Positions 58,904 through 64,000 of a stretch of DNA of 64,000 nt are shown here, in pieces. Every line of letters starts with the position of its first letter. Positions within the stretch are counted from its first letter, which is position 1. Under the pieces are notes generated by a model. That model worked only from the letters and a program-made list of their open reading frames with translations, was not told the origin of the DNA and made no database searches. The position numbers and the translations under genes are program-made. Source of the stretch: Nitrospirota bacterium (lineage in GTDB: Bacteria; Nitrospirota; UBA9217); NCBI GenBank assembly GCA_963740085.1, contig CAVUCU010000004.1, positions 160,001-224,000 on the forward strand. The letters are read 5' to 3'.

Positions 58904-59089
58904 TCTATCCTCATTCGGAATTGTGTGTCCTGCATCTATTCAGCAAGCGATGTCGTTTTAGCCGTGTTTTCTACTTTGAACCCCGACCTTTGACCCGTGA
59001 CCCTCTGGAGTTAAATTAAGGTTGCTTCTTCAACGGATTTATGACGGCGTTATCTTGTCAAACGCACTGAAGAGAAAGAGTTGCTCATC

Positions 59090-59713
59090 ATGCCTGTTTG
59101 GATCATTACCGTACAGTGGCTTTCCCGCTCTATTCTGGTGCTGCTGTTCATCCTGTCGATGTGGTCCGTGGCAACCATGCTCCGTTGTTCACGCCTGCTG
59201 AAAAAGGCCGGTGGATCGTCCGGGGGAGCAAAGAACGAAATGGAGAAGACATCGCAGTGGATTGAAACACGCCAATGGGCCCCCTTTAAGGAATGGGCGT
59301 CGCAGGGGGACACGCTCCATGCCGGCACCGCGCGCGTGATGTTACAGACGGCCTCGAACGAACCATCCCAGGTCGATCGGGCGGTCAAGAGCTATCTCAG
59401 CCTGGAGCGCAGCCGTCTCGAGGAAGGCCTCACCATCCTGGCGACGCTCGGATCGAACGCTCCCTTTATCGGTCTTTTCGGCACCGTACTTGGTATCATT
59501 CAATCCTTCGGCGCGTTGGGCGCCCACCGGACCGATGCAGCCGACATCATGGTCGGTATCTCGGAGGCCCTGGTAGCGACCGCGCTCGGGCTTTTCGTGG
59601 CCATCCCCGCTGTTGTCGCGTTCAATGTCTTTTCAAGGAGGCTGAAGGGCATCATCGTCAAGGCCGAGGCGCTCAAGGATCTCTATCTTTCCAGGATACA
59701 GGGAGGTCAATGA
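59090..59713 (+). CDS. ExbB/TolQ/MotA family proton channel
   Basis: LATLGSNAPFIGLFGTVLGII, ISEALVATALGLFVAIPAV. Confidence 0.93.
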   Translation: MPVWIITVQWLSRSILVLLFILSMWSVATMLRCSRLLKKAGGSSGGAKNEMEKTSQWIETRQWAPFKEWASQGDTLHAGTARVMLQTASNEPSQVDRAVKSYLSLERSRLEEGLTILATLGSNAPFIGLFGTVLGIIQSFGALGAHRTDAADIMVGISEALVATALGLFVAIPAVVAFNVFSRRLKGIIVKAEALKDLYLSRIQGGQ

Positions 59714-60135
59714 TCATGGCATCCGACCTTTATTCATCGAACACAGAGGACGACAACGCGCCGATATCGTCCATCAACGTAACGCCATTTGTCGATGTCG
59801 TCCTGGTGCTGCTTGTCATCTTCATGGTTACGGCGCCTTTATTGATGCAGGACAGCATCGGCATCCATCTTCCCAAGGCGTCAAGTGCGGACAAGAAACT
59901 TACTTCAAAGATGGGGGTAGCGGTCACCAGGCAGGGACAGATCCTGCTGAACGGCGTACTTGCTTCTCCGGAAGCGATCTCCGCTCGCGTCAAAGAGGCA
60001 CTGGCAAAGGACCCCGAGACCCAGGCGCTTATCAGCGCGGACGGGGATGCACGACATGCCGATGTCGTTCGCGCGATCGATCTTATCAAATCAGCGGGGA
60101 TGAACCGTTTTGCAATCCAGATCGAAAAACAATAG
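59710..60135 (+). CDS. ExbD/TolR family protein
   Basis: INVTPFVDVVLVLLVIFMVTAP. Confidence 0.93.
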   Translation: MIMASDLYSSNTEDDNAPISSINVTPFVDVVLVLLVIFMVTAPLLMQDSIGIHLPKASSADKKLTSKMGVAVTRQGQILLNGVLASPEAISARVKEALAKDPETQALISADGDARHADVVRAIDLIKSAGMNRFAIQIEKQ

Positions 60136-60760
60136 CTCATTTACTCTTGATGACCCGTGGATCGTATCTTCGGCCCTCCACGGGATTGTACTCATCTCGA
60201 TCGCTGCGGTGATTCTTCTCGGACATCATCGGAAGCCGGTCGAAGTGGATATCCAGATACTGGAGACGCCGAAGGTCGCCCAGATGCCGATCCGCGTGAT
60301 TGAGCCGAAGGTCCAGCCGCAAAAAACACAGGGCCGTGAAGTGTTCGGCATCAGCCCCAGGTCGGTGACGTCTGAGGAGCAGGGGGAAGACGTAAAAGTC
60401 GGGAACACCGTTGCCAAGGCCCCTGATCAGGAACAATTGAAACCCGGTGATTCTGACCTGCTTCCCGTTCCCTCGGAAGAGTATCTGGTCACGAGCATGC
60501 CGGAGTTGAAGTCCGACGTTCGGGTTCCCTATCCTCCTGAAGCTCGAAAGCGGGGGGTCCAGGGCGCCGTGATCATGAACCTGCTGATCGATGATACGGG
60601 AAAAGTCCGTGAAGTCTCTCTGATCGAGGGCCCCGATGCGGAACTGAACGCGGCAGCAATGACAGCGGCCCGGGGTTTTCAATTCACCCCTGCAATGATC
60701 CAGAAAAAACCGGTGGCCGTGCGCATTCGCTACATCTATAGATTTGTTTTGGAACGTTAA
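60110..60760 (+). CDS. TonB family energy transducer
   Basis: SxxxH TM anchor (SSALH), YPPEAR...G.V...F.PA C-terminal domain; start uncertain. Confidence 0.88.
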   Translation: MQSRSKNNSSFTLDDPWIVSSALHGIVLISIAAVILLGHHRKPVEVDIQILETPKVAQMPIRVIEPKVQPQKTQGREVFGISPRSVTSEEQGEDVKVGNTVAKAPDQEQLKPGDSDLLPVPSEEYLVTSMPELKSDVRVPYPPEARKRGVQGAVIMNLLIDDTGKVREVSLIEGPDAELNAAAMTAARGFQFTPAMIQKKPVAVRIRYIYRFVLER

Positions 60761-60775
60761 CTGGAGCATACACCC

Positions 60776-63184
60776 ATGGACCACTCATTGCGCCGAAACA
60801 TGCGCAGGGCTTCGCTTCTCCCGGCGCGCATTGCAGGCCTGTTGAGCATTTCCTTTCTTGTCGTCTGTCTCGCTCATTCCAACGGCTCAGCGGAAGAACC
60901 TCACCTCGCCGTCCCTCTATCCGAGCTGAGCTCAACGCTTAGCTCAACACTGATCACGACACTTACGCCGACAGTTGCTCCAACAGTGAAGGTCACCGGC
61001 TCCCTCCTTGAACGAGGGACGAAACGGCCGCTTGCAGAGGTTAACATCTACTGTTTTCCCGCGTCGCATCCTGAAAGCCCGGTTAAGAGCACGACGGACA
61101 GGGCCGGTGCATTTACGATCGAAGTCCCGGAAGGAAGAATGAAATGGGTCATATCGGCCTCTGGTTACAATCGCCTGGAACTTGAAGACGAACAGCAGGA
61201 CGGAGCAAAGATCAATCCGCGCATTTTTTATCTGGAAAAGAAAACCTATCTCGCGTATGAAACAACGGTATACGGAGAAACGGAAAAAAGAGACGATAAA
61301 ACCCGATCTCTTGATCAGGCGCAGTTTGCGACCGTCCCGGGCGCAAACGGCGATCCGGTCAAGGCTGTCCAGAATCTTCCGGGCGTGAACCGTCCGGGGG
61401 CGTTCAGCTCCCAGATCATCATTGAAGGATCCTCACCGAACGATACGCGCTATAACATTGATAATCAGCCTATCCCGATCATCTTTCATTTCGGAGGGCT
61501 TTCCTCGGTTGTCATGTCGGAGGCCGTGGACCACGTGGATTACCTTTCTGCAGGCTTCGGACCCGAGTTCGGTCAAACCATAGCCGGACTCGTAAATCTA
61601 ACGGTAAAAGATCCGCAAACAGACCGCAGACACGGCTTTATCTATGCCGACACCATGAATGCAGGCGGCATGGTGGAAGGCCCGATCAATGATCATTCTT
61701 CCTATTTGTTCGGGATAAGACAGAGCTATATCGGTTATGTGCTGCGGGCGGTGGTCGGCAAAGATAACAAGGATTTTAATTTAACGGCAGTCCCGGAGTT
61801 TCGGGATCTTATTTTTGAATACAAAAACCAGGTGTCGCCGGATGATACCTTTAAACTCGTCACGGTCGGGTCGCAGGATACCTTTGCATTTCTGCTGAAG
61901 CATCCCGTGGACCAGGACCCCGCCATTCGGGGGAATTTCAAGCTTGATACGAAGTTTTTCCGTATCATTCCCGAGTGGACTCACCGTTTCAGCCCGGAAG
62001 CCGTCGGCCGCTTCAGTCTCGGCATGGGCAAGGACTGGGTGCTGTTCGATCTCGGGGACTATTATGTTCATAACGATCAAACGTCCCTGAGCGGCAGGGC
62101 TGAAATCGAGAACCATATCGGCAATTCCTGGAAAAGTTATCTCGGCACGGATTTTCAGTACTACCGGACGACCGTCGAGTATCAGCTGCCGATCGTCTAC
62201 AGCCAGGGAGGTATCTCGAGTCCCGTCGGGTCAGGCAATCTCGCCGTTGTCTCGAAAAGCTATGATTCCGATTTTGCCGGACTGTATTGGAGAATCAATT
62301 ACCATGAGCAGGATTCACGGTGGACCTTCATTCCCGGTGTACGGGTGAGTTACTTTAACTTGACGAAAGAGGTCATGCCGGAGCCGCGGGTCGGTGTACG
62401 GTACGCCCTCGACCACGGCCTGACCCTGCGGGCCGCGTCCGGTCTCTACAACGAAGCCCCGCCGGTGCAGGACCTCGATAAGACCTACGGAAATCCCGAC
62501 CTCAAGTCTCAGCGGGCCGTTCACTATACGGCGGGGTTCGAGAAGGATTTCCGTGAAGGTTCGGCCACCGGCTGGTCCCTTTCGAACGATTTTTTCTACA
62601 AGCATGTATATGATCTCGTGGCGCGCACAACAGCCATGATCAACCCGTCGCGGCCGCAGTATTATGACAACTCCGGATACGGACATATCTACGGTCTTGA
62701 GTTCATGGGAAAGTATAAAGCTTCACAGTGGCAGGGTTGGATTGCCTACACACTTTCACGAAGCCGGAGAGGTGACGCACTCACGCCGGAAACCATATCT
62801 CAGTACGACCAGACGCATTTGCTCACGGCTGTAGCGGAAAGGGAGCTTGGGCGGAACTGGAAGCTCTCGGCCCGCGTGCGCTACACGACAGGCAATCCGT
62901 ACACTCCCATCGTCGGCGCCTCGTATGATGTCAATAATGATGTCTATGATCCGATCCGGGGCGACATCTATTCCCAGCGCATGGGCGCTTTTTTCCAGGC
63001 CGATGTGCGCGTCGACAAGAAATGGGTGTTCGACCGGTTGATCCTTACGGGCTACCTCGACGTAGAAAATATTACGAATCAGAAAAACCCGCAGGAGATC
63101 CGTTATTCGTATGACTATCGGCAATCGGAAAAGGTCACGGGGCTGCCGGTTTATCCGACGCTCGGCATCAAAGCGGAGTTTTGA
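60776..63184 (+). CDS. TonB-dependent receptor with N-terminal carboxypeptidase-regulatory-like domain
   Basis: Plug (DPVKAVQNLPGV), beta-barrel strands, C-terminal Phe (GIKAEF). Confidence 0.9.
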   Translation: MDHSLRRNMRRASLLPARIAGLLSISFLVVCLAHSNGSAEEPHLAVPLSELSSTLSSTLITTLTPTVAPTVKVTGSLLERGTKRPLAEVNIYCFPASHPESPVKSTTDRAGAFTIEVPEGRMKWVISASGYNRLELEDEQQDGAKINPRIFYLEKKTYLAYETTVYGETEKRDDKTRSLDQAQFATVPGANGDPVKAVQNLPGVNRPGAFSSQIIIEGSSPNDTRYNIDNQPIPIIFHFGGLSSVVMSEAVDHVDYLSAGFGPEFGQTIAGLVNLTVKDPQTDRRHGFIYADTMNAGGMVEGPINDHSSYLFGIRQSYIGYVLRAVVGKDNKDFNLTAVPEFRDLIFEYKNQVSPDDTFKLVTVGSQDTFAFLLKHPVDQDPAIRGNFKLDTKFFRIIPEWTHRFSPEAVGRFSLGMGKDWVLFDLGDYYVHNDQTSLSGRAEIENHIGNSWKSYLGTDFQYYRTTVEYQLPIVYSQGGISSPVGSGNLAVVSKSYDSDFAGLYWRINYHEQDSRWTFIPGVRVSYFNLTKEVMPEPRVGVRYALDHGLTLRAASGLYNEAPPVQDLDKTYGNPDLKSQRAVHYTAGFEKDFREGSATGWSLSNDFFYKHVYDLVARTTAMINPSRPQYYDNSGYGHIYGLEFMGKYKASQWQGWIAYTLSRSRRGDALTPETISQYDQTHLLTAVAERELGRNWKLSARVRYTTGNPYTPIVGASYDVNNDVYDPIRGDIYSQRMGAFFQADVRVDKKWVFDRLILTGYLDVENITNQKNPQEIRYSYDYRQSEKVTGLPVYPTLGIKAEF

Positions 63185-63204
63185 TCACTACGGGGAGAGC
63201 CGAT

Positions 63205-64000
63205 ATGAAGAAGCAGATATCACGATTTATACTTGCGCTTATCGTGGCGTCCGTGACGACGCAATGCGGCAATACCAATGACCTGCCGAAGTATCAGACA
63301 CTCGGTGATCTGCGCATTTTGACGATCCTCGTGGACAAACCCGAGGCCAACCCCGGAGAGTTGGTTACCTTCACGCCGGTCCTGAGCGATATCAACGGTC
63401 AGGGACGGACGATCGATTTTGCGGTCCAGGCGTGCATCGATCCCGGCGTGGGCAATGGGGCGGACCCGACCTGCCCGAACCCCGATCCCGCAAGCATACA
63501 GACCGGAACCATCACGATCCCGGCTGGCGCAAGCCAAACATATACCGGTCCGGTTATGCCGTTCTCCCTGACCATGCCCGATGCAAACACCCTATTTGCC
63601 AATAGAAGCGTTGTGGACCAGTACAATGGAGTGATCTACCTTGTTCAGTATAATATCAGCATCCCGGATGGCCCGGCCATCAACGCCTTCTTGAGAGTCT
63701 TCGTATCGACCACGGCTAAAACGCAGAAGAACCAGAATCCATCGATCGCCTCAGTAGACCTCAACGACAGTCCCATTCCGGACACGATCCCGATGCCGGC
63801 TTCGGACTCGAATTTTCGCGCGATCTCGCCGGCAAGCTCCTCAGAGACCTACCAGGTCATGCAATTCGATGGGAGCCTCCTGACCCGGACAGAGGAAATG
63901 CTGAACACCTGGTTCGTTTCCGATGGCGAGTTTGATTTCAGCAGGACGATCGGCAGCATTGAGAATCTTTGGACCCCTCCGGGATCAAAACCGACGAGTC
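63205..64000 (+). CDS. putative lipoprotein, runs off the window end (absent from the ORF track)
   Basis: Manual translation MKKQISRFILALIVASVTTQCGNTNDLPKYQTLGDLRIL...; GGGGAG SD; no stop seen before the window end. Confidence 0.75.
   Translation, partial: MKKQISRFILALIVASVTTQCGNTNDLPKYQTLGDLRILTILVDKPEANPGELVTFTPVLSDINGQGRTIDFAVQACIDPGVGNGADPTCPNPDPASIQTGTITIPAGASQTYTGPVMPFSLTMPDANTLFANRSVVDQYNGVIYLVQYNISIPDGPAINAFLRVFVSTTAKTQKNQNPSIASVDLNDSPIPDTIPMPASDSNFRAISPASSSETYQVMQFDGSLLTRTEEMLNTWFVSDGEFDFSRTIGSIENLWTPPGSKPTS

Overview
Mostly core chromosome of a Gram-negative, GC-rich bacterium. The gene content suggests Nitrospirota or a Desulfobacterota-like lineage (inference only). In order: purF; tRNA-Phe(GAA); a TPR-roadblock-aroQ-pepP-efp-accB-accC-thiE-livK-livH-purH' run; patatin; PhoU-like; MgtE-N/CBS plus an NRAMP-like transporter; queC; a Crp/Fnr-DUF1858 stress module; coaE; lptFG; a DEAD-box helicase; ftsB; GH57; a PilMNO-secretin-pseudopilin operon; glmU-glmS-pcrA-gatC-panD-gatA-gatB; and an ExbBD-TonB-receptor cluster. 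I saw no CRISPR array, prophage or transposase. Best candidate for an undescribed system (33.7-35.4 kb): an HTH-nucleotidyltransferase/HEPN pair whose catalytic motifs both look inactivated (DxD->NxN, no Rx4-6H). It lies behind a palindromic operator and is followed by two unannotated 19-21 aa Lys/Ala micropeptides with identical strong SD sequences and a terminator. Other notable items: a family of GTAACT-ended MITEs with interchangeable internal hairpins; many 7- and 9-nt-periodic palindromic elements, one nested three layers deep and one in-frame inside queC; a missed 45-aa CxxC/CxxC protein under a class II Crp-type site; and an AT-rich divergent patch inside gatB. Five +1 frameshifts at 44.5-51.3 kb, two in essential genes, are most likely assembly errors. 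All family assignments come from motif recognition; no searches were run.
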